64,000 bases of DNA from Nitrospirota bacterium (GCA_963749655.1 CAVVOB010000029.1:1-64000); one strand, 5' to 3'. Shown: positions 10,808 through 20,388, counted from the stretch's first letter. Notes: a model not told the origin generated them from the sequence alone. Numbers and translations: made by a program.

Positions 10808-12182
10808 CATTGCTGTCCAAGATAATCTGATTTCCTGAAGCTCACCCCTACCAATCAAGGCTTTTAGACAGGTAATTCCATCATCTCGGATTCAGGTTCT
10901 TTGTTCTGCTGTCCAATTACCGATAGCTCATTACCAGTTGTTCTGCCGACGGTACAATCGGCGGTGTTTCAAACGGATTATCCAGCCATGTCCATAAATC
11001 TCGATACGTGAACAGGTTATACCGGAGCATGGCAACCAAATTCGACAACGACCAGCCGAGTGTGGAACGGAACTTCAAGTACTTCAACACCAGGATTGCG
11101 ATTAATGCTGTCCAAATCTGGGTCAGCAAAGCATTCCGGCTCGTTCCCACAAACGTCTTGATCTTCAGATTCTGCTTGATCGTCTTGAAAAATATCTCAA
11201 TCTGCCAACGGTCTTTATATATGCTCGCGATGGTCGTAGCGCCAAAAGTGAGATGATTTGTCCACAGAACAATCACCCGCTCATTGTCTGCGTCCCATAC
11301 TTCTACCCGCCGCAGGATATATGGGCATTTCCTGATTGAGTAATGGCCTGTCAGCTCAATGAGCTGGTCTTTAATGATGTTTCTGTTGTCGGGTACCGCT
11401 CTCTTTTCGATCACCTTGAAAGCGGCGTTATCCTTCTCTCTCGTTACAAAAAAAATTCCGGCCTCGGTCCATCGGGCAAACTGCTCATAGTCCACATAAC
11501 CCCGATCAATTGCCAGGATGGAGCCTTTGGGGAACGTGAGCGTATGCGCGATGTTCACTTCATGCACATTCCCCTCGGTCATACTGCAGAAGACCGGAAG
11601 ATAGCCGTCGTGGTCCAACAGCAGGTGAAGCTTGATAGCTCCTTTTTTCTGCCGATACTTTGCCCAGTCAAACAAAGTGATGCAAAGTTCTATCAGCGTG
11701 GCATCGAGGCTGAACAGCTTGTTCTTGAACCGAAACGGCTTCTTGCCGTGTGCCAGAACCCGGCACTTGGCCAGGAGCTGATAAAAGACCTTCTGGTACA
11801 GCTGCCACGGCCGATGCTCGTTGGCATAGGCCAGTGTGGAACGTTTGGGCGCTACATCTATCCCGAGGTGCTTAAGCTTGCCTAGGCATGTCGCCAATCC
11901 GCCGCAAATCTCCCGCAGCGAGTGTGCTTGTCCCAACTGACAGAACACCATTGCAACGAACTGACCCCAGCAACTGAACCCTTTTACGCCTCTTTCTGCC
12001 CGTGTTTCCCGCACCGCTCTCACAAAATCCTGCTGCGGAAATATATCTAGAATCTGTCCGAAAATGCTGTTAAACTTGTTCACGGGGATGTCCTCCTTCG
12101 GATATTTTGGTCTTCGACAAACCTACTTTATCCGATTGAGGCTTCCCCTGCAATTACTCAAATCCTATCTTGGACGGGTCTG
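10808..12182 (-). mobile_element. IS4-family insertion sequence (1375 bp)
   Basis: IRs CATTGCTGTCCAAGATA / TATCTTGGACGGGTCTG; 9-bp target duplication GCTTGCGCT at 10799-10807 and 12183-12191. Confidence 0.92.
10917..12083 (-). CDS. IS4-family transposase (DUF4372-type N-terminus + DDE)
   Basis: 388 aa; SLDATLI, AIDRGY, YKDRWQIEIFFKTIKQNL. Confidence 0.92.
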   Translation of the reverse strand: MNKFNSIFGQILDIFPQQDFVRAVRETRAERGVKGFSCWGQFVAMVFCQLGQAHSLREICGGLATCLGKLKHLGIDVAPKRSTLAYANEHRPWQLYQKVFYQLLAKCRVLAHGKKPFRFKNKLFSLDATLIELCITLFDWAKYRQKKGAIKLHLLLDHDGYLPVFCSMTEGNVHEVNIAHTLTFPKGSILAIDRGYVDYEQFARWTEAGIFFVTREKDNAAFKVIEKRAVPDNRNIIKDQLIELTGHYSIRKCPYILRRVEVWDADNERVIVLWTNHLTFGATTIASIYKDRWQIEIFFKTIKQNLKIKTFVGTSRNALLTQIWTALIAILVLKYLKFRSTLGWSLSNLVAMLRYNLFTYRDLWTWLDNPFETPPIVPSAEQLVMSYR

Positions 12183-12279
12183 GCTTGCGCTTTTCCCCGC
12201 ACTCTCAGTTTGCATCCGTCTCCTGAGCGCTTGTTTTTTTCTTCCGGGTTTTTTTAAATTTTTAATTCAGAGGTATACA

Positions 12280-12645
12280 ATGACAGCGAGATCAAAACTG
12301 CTGCCTGGGCAGAAAGGGACAAAAAGTCTGATCGCCGAATATGGCGACGCGCTCCTCTGCGTTCGCTATAGGTACGACGAACTGAGCCGGACCCGGCTGA
12401 AGACAGTTGAACTGATCATTGAAAGAAAACCGTGGACTCCAACTCCGCGCCGGTACATGGACAGCACTCTCGTCCCGGTGCGGATAGGCTTTCGGGATAA
12501 GGCTTCGCGGGACCAAGCCAAGTCGGCACAGGGGAAATGGGATCCGGAGGCAAAGGCATGGTACATCGAATACGGTAAAATCAAGGGAACCGAATTGGAA
12601 AAGCTTATAATATCAAAAACCCAAGTGAACAAGTCGGGTTTGTAA
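12280..12645 (+). CDS. Small basic hypothetical protein between intI and attI
   Basis: 121 aa with GAGGT RBS; PGQKGTK...YGDALLCVRYRYD; C-terminal GKWDPEAKAWY (DUF5710-like, inference). Confidence 0.75.
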   Translation: MTARSKLLPGQKGTKSLIAEYGDALLCVRYRYDELSRTRLKTVELIIERKPWTPTPRRYMDSTLVPVRIGFRDKASRDQAKSAQGKWDPEAKAWYIEYGKIKGTELEKLIISKTQVNKSGL

Positions 12646-12720
12646 TACTACAAACCATGAAAGTTTATACTATTACAAACCGGCATCTAATATTATAAAC
12701 TTGTTTGTAATATTACAAAC
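12638..12720. repeat. Four 18-bp palindromes, consensus GTTTGTAATATTACAAAC
   Basis: Copies at 12638, 12663, 12683 (degenerate) and 12703 (perfect). Confidence 0.9.
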
Positions 12721-12723
12721 CGA

Positions 12724-12751
12724 GTTCCTTATAGTCAATAACTGGTTAATC
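12724..12751 (+). other. Putative attI site, crossover G/TTAATC at 12745
   Basis: GTTAATC (12745-12751) is the exact reverse complement of the first attC R'' GATTAAC (13662-13668); left boundary approximate. Confidence 0.75.
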
Positions 12752-12761
12752 AGGAAATTTA

Positions 12762-13667
12762 ATGGCGTACTACTGTTTTCTATGTAATAAAAATCACGAA
12801 GATACATCGACGGAAGAGCACTTCATTCCTAGGTCGATAAATGGTCCCGAAGATCAATGGCTACCTGTATGCAAAATTAGCAATGCACGTTCTAATTCTG
12901 TGTTTGATAATGGTGTCAGAGATATTTTGTACATGGCAAGGCATCAAAACACCAACATTTTAAAACGTACTGGAGATGCTCTTCTAACAGATGGCAGTCT
13001 AAAACAATATAAATTTTCGTATGACGAGCCCAAAGCCCTCGAGGGAGCCGCTGCCTTTCGCTATTTTTATGATCGAGAATTAAGCACGAAAATAGAAAGT
13101 AGCACAGTGTATGCAATCAAGTTCTCTGTCGGATTAAACCAACAAGAACAATTAACATTCTGCAGAGGACTGGCCAAAATGTCAATTGGCGCACTCGCCT
13201 ACCTTCTATTAAAACAAGGAGTACAAACAGAAACAGTCCGTCATATATATTCACAAACATCAATTGATTCGATTCGACATATTGCCCTCGACTTGCCGTG
13301 GGCAGGCAAGTCAGTTGCCCATAGATTCTCGCTAGGACGAACTGACGTATTATCACGCCTTCAGGCTACGTGTAAGAATCCGCAGATAAGCAATCATGTT
13401 ATCCGAATCACGTTTGAAGAGAGGAAATCAATTCATATTGAGGGGATGCTATATAGCAAATACGGCTGGCTGCTAGAACTTTCAAATGATGTTATCGTTG
13501 AGCAGAATGAATTGCGCCTTGAAAACTCGATTGCAGATATACCTGCGCCAGCTATGCTTCGAGACCTAACTTTGTCGCCAGATTCTATTTGCATAATTAA
13601 CCCGAACTACAAAGGTGAGCAACCGCTTCTTCCTAAACATTGGATCAATGAACGATATGACGATTAA
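12762..13667 (+). CDS. Cassette 1: HNH-endonuclease-like protein
   Basis: CFLC...TEEHFIPRSING...VCKISN N-terminus. Confidence 0.65.
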   Translation: MAYYCFLCNKNHEDTSTEEHFIPRSINGPEDQWLPVCKISNARSNSVFDNGVRDILYMARHQNTNILKRTGDALLTDGSLKQYKFSYDEPKALEGAAAFRYFYDRELSTKIESSTVYAIKFSVGLNQQEQLTFCRGLAKMSIGALAYLLLKQGVQTETVRHIYSQTSIDSIRHIALDLPWAGKSVAHRFSLGRTDVLSRLQATCKNPQISNHVIRITFEERKSIHIEGMLYSKYGWLLELSNDVIVEQNELRLENSIADIPAPAMLRDLTLSPDSICIINPNYKGEQPLLPKHWINERYDD

Positions 13668-13719
13668 CTTGCGGGTCGAGTGAGTCGCGAAAAGCACGCT
13701 CCTCACCCGCGTGTTGTAC
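13662..13719 (+). other. attC 1
   Basis: GATTAAC...GCGGGTCGAG/CTCACCCGC...GTTGTAC. Confidence 0.9.
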
Positions 13720-13728
13720 CGGAAAAAA

Positions 13729-14325
13729 ATGAATCACAATACTTACATTTTTACTATAAGCATGCTGCTATTTGCCCCGGCGATATTCGCTCTTTTTGGC
13801 TACATTTCGCGATGGACGCTACGTTCCTATTTTTTAGAAATAGAAGATTTATCCAAGCATTTTCCCAGCTCCCGCTCAAATTCTAAAATATTTTTTCCGC
13901 AACCTCAATTCGTCGGGGAGTTCTCCGGTTTTAAATTTTCAGTAACATACGCGACAGGCAATAAAGGCATGTCTGTATACGGGCTATCAACGGTTTGTTA
14001 TTTTACTTCTACAAGCAAGATGAAAATATACGTGTATGATAAAAAACCCGGCCCTGTATTGTTCGCAAAAAAAATTAATACTGGCGACAACGATTTAGAA
14101 AAATATTTCATTTACTCAAACAATCCTGAAGAGGCAATGCGATACTTTAGCGTCCCCGCGAGAAGAAAAAGCATTCAACAGATTATAAGCAAGTGGCAAA
14201 TGCTGAAGATAAGCGGAAAAAAGATTTATACTTATGCCGAAATACGTACCGCACCGGCACTTGATCCTGAATTGATTCGAGCAACCCTACATGATTTGAC
14301 GGATTTGCGAATTGATCACATATAA
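13729..14325 (+). CDS. Cassette 2: membrane-anchored hypothetical protein
   Basis: ORF fills the cassette; N-terminal hydrophobic helix. Confidence 0.65.
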   Translation: MNHNTYIFTISMLLFAPAIFALFGYISRWTLRSYFLEIEDLSKHFPSSRSNSKIFFPQPQFVGEFSGFKFSVTYATGNKGMSVYGLSTVCYFTSTSKMKIYVYDKKPGPVLFAKKINTGDNDLEKYFIYSNNPEEAMRYFSVPARRKSIQQIISKWQMLKISGKKIYTYAEIRTAPALDPELIRATLHDLTDLRIDHI

Positions 14326-14380
14326 CAACCAGCGGGTCGAGTGAGTCGCGAAAGGCACGCTCCTCACCCGCGCGTTGATT
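14323..14380 (+). other. attC 2
   Basis: TAACAAC...GTTGATT; nearly identical to attC 1. Confidence 0.9.
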
Positions 14381-14425
14381 TTGAAAAGTGCTACTCATTC
14401 CACCAAGTAAAGCAAAAGAAAGGTA

Positions 14426-14707
14426 ATGCCCATGTATGTATTCAATGACAGAACTAATCTTGAAGATGCCATTGCGAAACTCAAAGAAAAAGGGGTTACA
14501 TTACCATGCCCGCGCTGCGGAAAATTAAAATTCAGCATTGTGGGCGAAACGGATATATCTATCCTAACTATTACCCATAAAGAAACTGCTCTACCTGTCA
14601 TGCCTTCATCTATTCCAACCCTTATTGTTGGCTGTGACAATTGCGGCTTTCTAGCTCATCACGCAAAAGGCCCTCTTGGATTATCAAGTCACAGTCGGAG
14701 GTTTTAA
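14426..14707 (+). CDS. Cassette 3 gene a: small zinc-ribbon protein
   Basis: CPRCG and CDNCG motifs. Confidence 0.65.
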   Translation: MPMYVFNDRTNLEDAIAKLKEKGVTLPCPRCGKLKFSIVGETDISILTITHKETALPVMPSSIPTLIVGCDNCGFLAHHAKGPLGLSSHSRRF

Positions 14708-14708
14708 C

Positions 14709-15116
14709 ATGGCCGACCTTTTAACAGACAAAATAGCAACATACGCCCCACTTGAGGGCGAGAATAAATTTATTGACCAGCACTGTGTAAATACTAAATC
14801 AGCCCTCATCGAAATCACGGAGGACAAATTAGAAAATATCCTATTAAAACACCTCCATAAATTAACAATAAAAAGTTCTTGGCTGGCCCCTCTCTCTCTT
14901 TTTCTTTCCGTCCTATTAGCAAATCTTACTGCAAAGTTTGTGGCTAAATTTGGATTCCCTGCCGATGTTTGGGCAGCAGTTTATTTAATACTAATTATTG
15001 GTAGTGGCGTATGGCTCATCACTGCTTTTATTAAAGCGAATAAGGTTAAGGATGAGTGCACACTTGCTTGGCTTATGTCTTTAATAAAGAATGCAAAACC
15101 GCAGTATCTAAGATAA
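14709..15116 (+). CDS. Cassette 3 gene b: two-TM hypothetical protein
   Basis: GGAGG RBS overlapping the upstream gene end; two hydrophobic helices. Confidence 0.65.
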   Translation: MADLLTDKIATYAPLEGENKFIDQHCVNTKSALIEITEDKLENILLKHLHKLTIKSSWLAPLSLFLSVLLANLTAKFVAKFGFPADVWAAVYLILIIGSGVWLITAFIKANKVKDECTLAWLMSLIKNAKPQYLR

Positions 15117-15263
15117 TTGCGCGTCTATTTTGGCATGGAGTTCGGCAGTCGTTTTTGTATCTCTATTTATAAAACACATCAAATGTTCTAACTCTGCCAT
15201 TAGCCTATGCCAGTCACGGACTGATAGTTCTACTGCAATTTTAGGCGAACTCATGAAACCTCC

Positions 15264-15319
15264 TTCCAACCACCGCGTCGTGTCCGACCGCTACGCGGCG
15301 GTACACGCGGGCGTTAGCC
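15264..15319 (+). other. attC 3
   Basis: TTCCAAC...CCGCGTCGTG/CACGCGG...GTTAGCC. Confidence 0.85.
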
Positions 15320-15335
15320 GACTAATATATATCTT

Positions 15336-15845
15336 ATGAATACATTTCAATTCCCCAATAAGGGCTGGCGGTTCGATAGCAGTAATTCGTATGGGTCAGA
15401 TATGCTGTACAACAGCATATCTCAAGTAATTGTGAAAGTATTTCCCCCGGAAGATAAGGCCCTGGCTTATGAAACACATACGTTCCTACTATGGAATGGA
15501 ATTACATCGGTACGATTAGAAGAAGTCACCCATGTAACCGATAATAAAACCTATTGTTATGTCTTTGCCGAGAAGTCAGAAATGCTAAGCTTTCGCGCTC
15601 GCCTTTTCCCTGAGATAGAAATTGCGACACCAATCAAAAATACCTATACACGAATGCTCGCATTCTCATTCATTGGATTCACTGTTTTCTTTGTTGGATC
15701 ATATTTAGCAATGAAATATTTCGGTGACAATCGCGGGGCTAATAATCCATATGCTGGCGCACCACCTCTGATGACATGCCTGTTTATTGGAGTTATTGGC
15801 CTGGTCAGTGGAGCACTGGCAGGATTAATCAGAAGAAACAATTAG
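15336..15845 (+). CDS. Cassette 4: hypothetical membrane protein
   Basis: 169 aa, two C-terminal TM helices. Confidence 0.6.
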   Translation: MNTFQFPNKGWRFDSSNSYGSDMLYNSISQVIVKVFPPEDKALAYETHTFLLWNGITSVRLEEVTHVTDNKTYCYVFAEKSEMLSFRARLFPEIEIATPIKNTYTRMLAFSFIGFTVFFVGSYLAMKYFGDNRGANNPYAGAPPLMTCLFIGVIGLVSGALAGLIRRNN

Positions 15846-15903
15846 CCCAACGAGACGCGTCGAGAGGGTCGCGAAAACCGCGCCCCTCACGCGCGTGTTA
15901 GTT
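15845..15903 (+). other. attC 4
   Basis: GCCCAAC...GAGAGGGTCGCG/CGCGCCCCTC...GTTAGTT. Confidence 0.9.
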
Positions 15904-15914
15904 TCAAAAGACAG

Positions 15915-16133
15915 TCAATCGTCATAGCCGCATACGATAGTAACGCGTCCATCGTTGACCATTTTTTTACCAGCGAGTTTTTCCTTGAAAGGAGATATAA
16001 AATCCAACTTGTGCGGTTTCTTGCCGACATCGAGGAATGAAATCTTGTATCCGACCTTTTCGAGATGCAATGAAATTTCTTTACCCAACACCGTCTTACC
16101 TCTTCCCGAAATCTTGATTTTCAACTCATGCAT
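15915..16133 (-). CDS. Cassette 5 gene a: reverse-oriented small protein
   Basis: 72 aa MHELKIKISGRGKT..., GGAGG RBS. Confidence 0.55.
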   Translation of the reverse strand: MHELKIKISGRGKTVLGKEISLHLEKVGYKISFLDVGKKPHKLDFISPFKEKLAGKKMVNDGRVTIVCGYDD

Positions 16134-16163
16134 GTCATCCTCCAATGAAAGGTGGTATTTATT

Positions 16164-16472
16164 ATGAGCCTCACCAACACACGTAAAAAAGAACAAAAGG
16201 CAAGAGACATCATCTGCAAAGCACTCACTGATTTAGATGGTGCTAATATTTCTATCCCTAATTTCAGCGAATACAACATCAGAGACGATGAATTCAAAGA
16301 AAAGCTTACTCGGCCTAACATAGATGCCGGGCTTCGAGCCTTTACATTGATAACAAATCTTTATAGTTCAGACGGCAGCGATTTTGACTTATGCAGTTTG
16401 CTTCACCAATACCTGCTCGATCAAACTAGCCGTGCTCAAATGAATGAGATTATAAAGAGCAAATACCGATGA
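16164..16472 (+). CDS. Cassette 5 gene b: hypothetical protein
   Basis: AAGGTGG RBS; stop abuts R''. Confidence 0.55.
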   Translation: MSLTNTRKKEQKARDIICKALTDLDGANISIPNFSEYNIRDDEFKEKLTRPNIDAGLRAFTLITNLYSSDGSDFDLCSLLHQYLLDQTSRAQMNEIIKSKYR

Positions 16473-16530
16473 AACTAACAATCGGGTGGTGTCGGGCGCA
16501 AAAACCGCGCCGTACACCCGCGCGTTAATC
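16473..16530 (+). other. attC 5
   Basis: AACTAAC (complement of the cassette start GTTAGTT)...GTTAATC. Confidence 0.9.
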
Positions 16531-16552
16531 CGTAAAAAGCATTGGAGGATAC

Positions 16553-17485
16553 ATGGTTCGATTTGTCATAATTGGTCTCTTGCTACTTATGCCAATAACA
16601 GCACTATCACAACCACCATCCCCAACTCCACTCAAAAAAGGTGACACACCACATCAAAAGACCACTAATAAAAATGAAGCTGCCAAAAAACTCCCAAATG
16701 GTACTCAAGATCATCCTATCTTTATCGACATAATAAAAACACAATTGGATAGAAACGATAAAGATGAAGAGCGCCAATACCGCAATGCAGAATCGACGAA
16801 GAATTGGTGGATCATGTTTTTCACTGGTGGGATGTTCATCATTGCTGCTGGACAGGCTCTTCTTTTTCTTCACCAATTGAAGTTGATGAGAAAATCCATC
16901 GACGACACCGAAACAACGGCCCAAGCTGCCTTGCAAGCCGTCCAAACAAGTCAGCAAACTGGGCGTGCCTATGTAAAAATTACTAGCTGTTCCCCTGGCG
17001 TAAGATTCCACAATGGTAGCCCTGCCCTGCCATCGGGATTTTCCTGTGACCTGAAAATTACGAATCATGGAGAAACACCGGCCCAAATAACTGACATTGT
17101 GATCCACCATAAGATTTTGGATGGCCTTCAGTTGTTGCCAGATGTTCCTGATTACGGCAGTGCTAAAAAATATCAATTTTCTCATGCTTTCTTGGTTCGA
17201 GGTGAAAGCATATCGTATAACTTTGCTGAATTTATCTCTGACGATACTATTATTGATTTGCAAGTGGGTAATAAAATTCTTAGTATCTATGGCTACGTTG
17301 ATTACATTGACTCTTTCAATAGAAGCCATCGCAGTGGATTCGGGCAAAATTATTATTACTTCAATGACAATCGTAACCATTATGCAGACGATGCCGCGTA
17401 TATTCATAGAAACAACCTTACCTTTTTGATGCAAGCAAACTATAATTTTGATCGCCCAAGAACAGATACTGAAAGCAATGCGTAA
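16553..17485 (+). CDS. Cassette 6: hypothetical protein with signal peptide and one TM
   Basis: 310 aa; GGAGG RBS; KITNHGETPA motif. Confidence 0.7.
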   Translation: MVRFVIIGLLLLMPITALSQPPSPTPLKKGDTPHQKTTNKNEAAKKLPNGTQDHPIFIDIIKTQLDRNDKDEERQYRNAESTKNWWIMFFTGGMFIIAAGQALLFLHQLKLMRKSIDDTETTAQAALQAVQTSQQTGRAYVKITSCSPGVRFHNGSPALPSGFSCDLKITNHGETPAQITDIVIHHKILDGLQLLPDVPDYGSAKKYQFSHAFLVRGESISYNFAEFISDDTIIDLQVGNKILSIYGYVDYIDSFNRSHRSGFGQNYYYFNDNRNHYADDAAYIHRNNLTFLMQANYNFDRPRTDTESNA

Positions 17486-17544
17486 TCCCAACCTGGCGCT
17501 CGACTGCGACGCGCCAAGGTCGGCGCGTCAGCGCCGCGTTAGAC
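17486..17544 (+). other. attC 6
   Basis: TCCCAAC...GACGCGCC/GGCGCGTC...GTTAGAC. Confidence 0.9.
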
Positions 17545-17573
17545 CGTAAATCCACGAAGGATGTGAGGGCCAA

Positions 17574-18599
17574 ATGGCAAAAGAAAAATACACCATATTT
17601 ATAAGCTCTACGTATGATGATCTGCGCGATGAGCGAGATCAAGCCATAAAGGCCATTCTCGAGATGGGACATATCCCGGTTGGGATGGAAATGTTTAGTG
17701 CTGGCGATGAACAACAATGGGAGCTAATTAAACGAAGTATCGACGAGTGCGACTATTATGTTGCAATACTTGCTCACAGATATGGAAGCCTTGACGGTTC
17801 TATAAGTTATACAGAAAAGGAATACGATTACGCTACTTTGAAACGCGTTCCTACACTTAGCTTTGTAATTGATGATTCGGCTAAGTGGCCAAAAAACAAG
17901 ATCGACACAGATCCAAACAGCCTTTCAGCGCTTAACGCATTTAAGGTTAAAGTCAAAAGCAAAATCGTTAATTTCTGGCAGAGCAAAGACGACTTGAATG
18001 CCAAGATTACCGTTGCATTATCAAAAGCAATTACAGCTTATCCCCGATCCGGCTGGATCAAGGCTGAAAACGCCATTGGCCCTGTTGCACTTAGCGAGTT
18101 AACTCGCCTGAGCAAGGAAAATGCCGAGCTTCGTAAAATTATTGCAGAATCCGAGAAAACAAGTACAACAGAAAAGACTGAAAACGAAAAAAAGGTTATT
18201 AATATCTTAAAATCAAATAAAGCAGATGTTTCATTTTATTACGAAGGCGACAAGGACTGGTCAAATGATTCTAAATTTAAATACTCTGATATATTCTTCT
18301 TGATGGCCCCCGAATTAATGGTGGAAAAATCAATATTGGCGATAGCTAATTATATAGGAACGATGTGGAACCCTGACAAATCTACCCCAAAAAGGAAGCT
18401 TAGGGCTAACTGGTCAACACCCTCGAATACTATTAAAAATGTTTTTGCAGATTTTCACGCATTAGGCATTGCGTGCCCATCTCCCAAGAAACACTCTGTT
18501 CATGACAAGGAAGAATATTGGTGTATTACCGAACTTGGCATAGCCATTTATAGCAGAATCCGCCTGTCGAAATTAGAATCCGGCTTAGCAAAACCTTAA
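17574..18599 (+). CDS. Cassette 7: DUF4062 domain protein
   Basis: IFISSTYDDLRDER...GHIPVGMEMF...IDECDYYV...RYGS...SYTEKEYDYA. Confidence 0.85.
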   Translation: MAKEKYTIFISSTYDDLRDERDQAIKAILEMGHIPVGMEMFSAGDEQQWELIKRSIDECDYYVAILAHRYGSLDGSISYTEKEYDYATLKRVPTLSFVIDDSAKWPKNKIDTDPNSLSALNAFKVKVKSKIVNFWQSKDDLNAKITVALSKAITAYPRSGWIKAENAIGPVALSELTRLSKENAELRKIIAESEKTSTTEKTENEKKVINILKSNKADVSFYYEGDKDWSNDSKFKYSDIFFLMAPELMVEKSILAIANYIGTMWNPDKSTPKRKLRANWSTPSNTIKNVFADFHALGIACPSPKKHSVHDKEEYWCITELGIAIYSRIRLSKLESGLAKP

Positions 18600-18618
18600 A
18601 TCCAAGAACCACTGAAGG

Positions 18619-18678
18619 TTCTAACCATTCGGCTCGAGAGGGTCGCGAAAGTCGCGCCCCTCAGCCGAGCCGTTGGAG
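18619..18678 (+). other. attC 7
   Basis: TTCTAAC...TCGGCTCGAG/CTCAGCCGA...GTTGGAG. Confidence 0.9.
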
Positions 18679-18685
18679 GTGTGAA

Positions 18686-19297
18686 ATGAAAATGGGTATA
18701 ACCATTATAATGATTGGAGCTGTTTTAGTCGCGGCAATATGCGTTTATCTCTTCAAAGAGAGATTTCTGCACAACTCGCCTCCCCGGAATCTTGCTATTG
18801 GTTATCAAATCGACGAACCGAAGGTTTTTATTCCGTGGGATATAGACGAAAATGGGCTACGCAGCTTACTCGATAAATATGGATTAATCAAGGTTACTGA
18901 CGGTTACTACTATTTAGCGTGTAAATCACTTGGAGGATTACGACACGAACTAGGCTTCCATTTTCAAATTAACGATGAAAAAGCCACTCAGGATTTTGAA
19001 AAACACATGGCGGCCTTGGGTGCGAAAGTCGTGAAGAAAATTGAGCCACGGCGAGACCAGACGCGTGATGGAAAGTTAATCAAACTCGAATTTTTCAGAA
19101 AGGGACCACGCGATATTAAGAAATCATTCGATGAGTTTCAGTCTGTTTTTGAAACTGCCTTTGGTAAACCTAACCGCTCCGAGAATTCTACCAGTGCTGA
19201 GCCGTCCCATGAGTGGCGATTTCGAGGCATAAAAATCCATCATTTTATTCTTGATAGGTTCGGTCCAGAAGAACATTTAGCTATAGAAAAAATCTAA
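18686..19297 (+). CDS. Cassette 8: hypothetical protein with N-terminal anchor
   Basis: 203 aa ORF filling the cassette. Confidence 0.65.
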   Translation: MKMGITIIMIGAVLVAAICVYLFKERFLHNSPPRNLAIGYQIDEPKVFIPWDIDENGLRSLLDKYGLIKVTDGYYYLACKSLGGLRHELGFHFQINDEKATQDFEKHMAALGAKVVKKIEPRRDQTRDGKLIKLEFFRKGPRDIKKSFDEFQSVFETAFGKPNRSENSTSAEPSHEWRFRGIKIHHFILDRFGPEEHLAIEKI

Positions 19298-19353
19298 CGA
19301 GGCGGGTCGACTGCGACGCGCCATGAGTCGGCGCGTCACCCGCGTCGTTAGTC
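19292..19353 (+). other. attC 8
   Basis: ATCTAAC...GTTAGTC. Confidence 0.9.
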
Positions 19354-19366
19354 CGGAGAAAAGAAT

Positions 19367-19846
19367 ATGGACGAAGATCAAGAACAACAAGAATCGCGCA
19401 AGTCTTATCGGGAAAAGCTAAAAGACCCGCGCTGGCAGAAAATTCGATTGAAAGTGTTTGAGCGGGATATATTTCGATGCCAATATTGTCGCGATACAAA
19501 GGAAACATTACATGTGCATCACTTGGAATATACAGCAGGCCTTGATCCGTGGGATTACCCCTTAGAATCACTGATCACAGTATGCGCATCCTGTCACGAA
19601 GAAGAAACTATGTATCGCCGAACAGTTGAGGAAAATTTGCTGGCGACACTTCGTGTAGTAGGTTTTTCTGCTGATCATTTGGAACAGCTCAAAACGACCG
19701 TCGGCATGGCACACTTTCCATGCACGAAGGGTGAATTCGTCGAGTTTTTTGATTGGTTCATGACGTCATCAACGACCTTTGAAGAAGCCTTACGTGATTA
19801 CTGGAGTTCGGGCCTGTCAAGCGAGCTCGAGGATAAAGACCATTGA
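19367..19846 (+). CDS. Cassette 9 gene a: HNH endonuclease
   Basis: DPRWQKIRLKVFERD..CQYC...LHVHHLEY...LITVCASCH. Confidence 0.85.
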   Translation: MDEDQEQQESRKSYREKLKDPRWQKIRLKVFERDIFRCQYCRDTKETLHVHHLEYTAGLDPWDYPLESLITVCASCHEEETMYRRTVEENLLATLRVVGFSADHLEQLKTTVGMAHFPCTKGEFVEFFDWFMTSSTTFEEALRDYWSSGLSSELEDKDH

Positions 19847-19911
19847 AGTATATTTGAGGAGATCAGTTGCATGGCTTGTCAAAGCTCGGATGCGGTGATG
19901 GTAATACATAG

Positions 19912-20388
19912 ATGAAAAATGATTTCAAAGATACGATTCGTACTTTTTGCCTCCATATTAAAGCATTTCGTGCTCACCATTCGAAAGGCGATTACTTGAA
20001 GGGTTTGAAATTATATCAGCAAATTATAGCTTCGGGTCATCCCAACATTAACGCCTACTGGGGGCTGGGTTTCTGTAATTGGACGCTTGGTAATAATGAG
20101 GCCGCCATAGCAGCAGCGAAAAAGGCACTAGAGATCAAATCAGATTACTTTAGAGCGCTTCAGTTATTGACTAAAATCTATTCTGAACAAAAGCAAGACG
20201 ATCTAACCTATGAATATGTAGCAAGGGCGTTGTCAAACATTCCACATTGGCCAGCCGATGATGAAGATGACCTGCCATGGATTGCCTGGGCAACTGACTT
20301 CAAAAAAGAATATGAAGCACGCAATCCCGAGAAAACTCAAGTTCTAACAATGCGGGTCCACAGCGACGCGCCAGAAGGCGGCGCGTGA
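19912..20388 (+). CDS. Cassette 9 gene b: TPR-repeat protein
   Basis: AYWGLG...GNNEAAIAAAKKALEIKSDY; ORF ends inside the attC. Confidence 0.7.
   Translation: MKNDFKDTIRTFCLHIKAFRAHHSKGDYLKGLKLYQQIIASGHPNINAYWGLGFCNWTLGNNEAAIAAAKKALEIKSDYFRALQLLTKIYSEQKQDDLTYEYVARALSNIPHWPADDEDDLPWIAWATDFKKEYEARNPEKTQVLTMRVHSDAPEGGA

Noticed and set aside
12638-12720. Mini-CRISPR (GTTT...AAAC repeats)
   Set aside because: Gaps are only 2-7 bp, so there are no spacers
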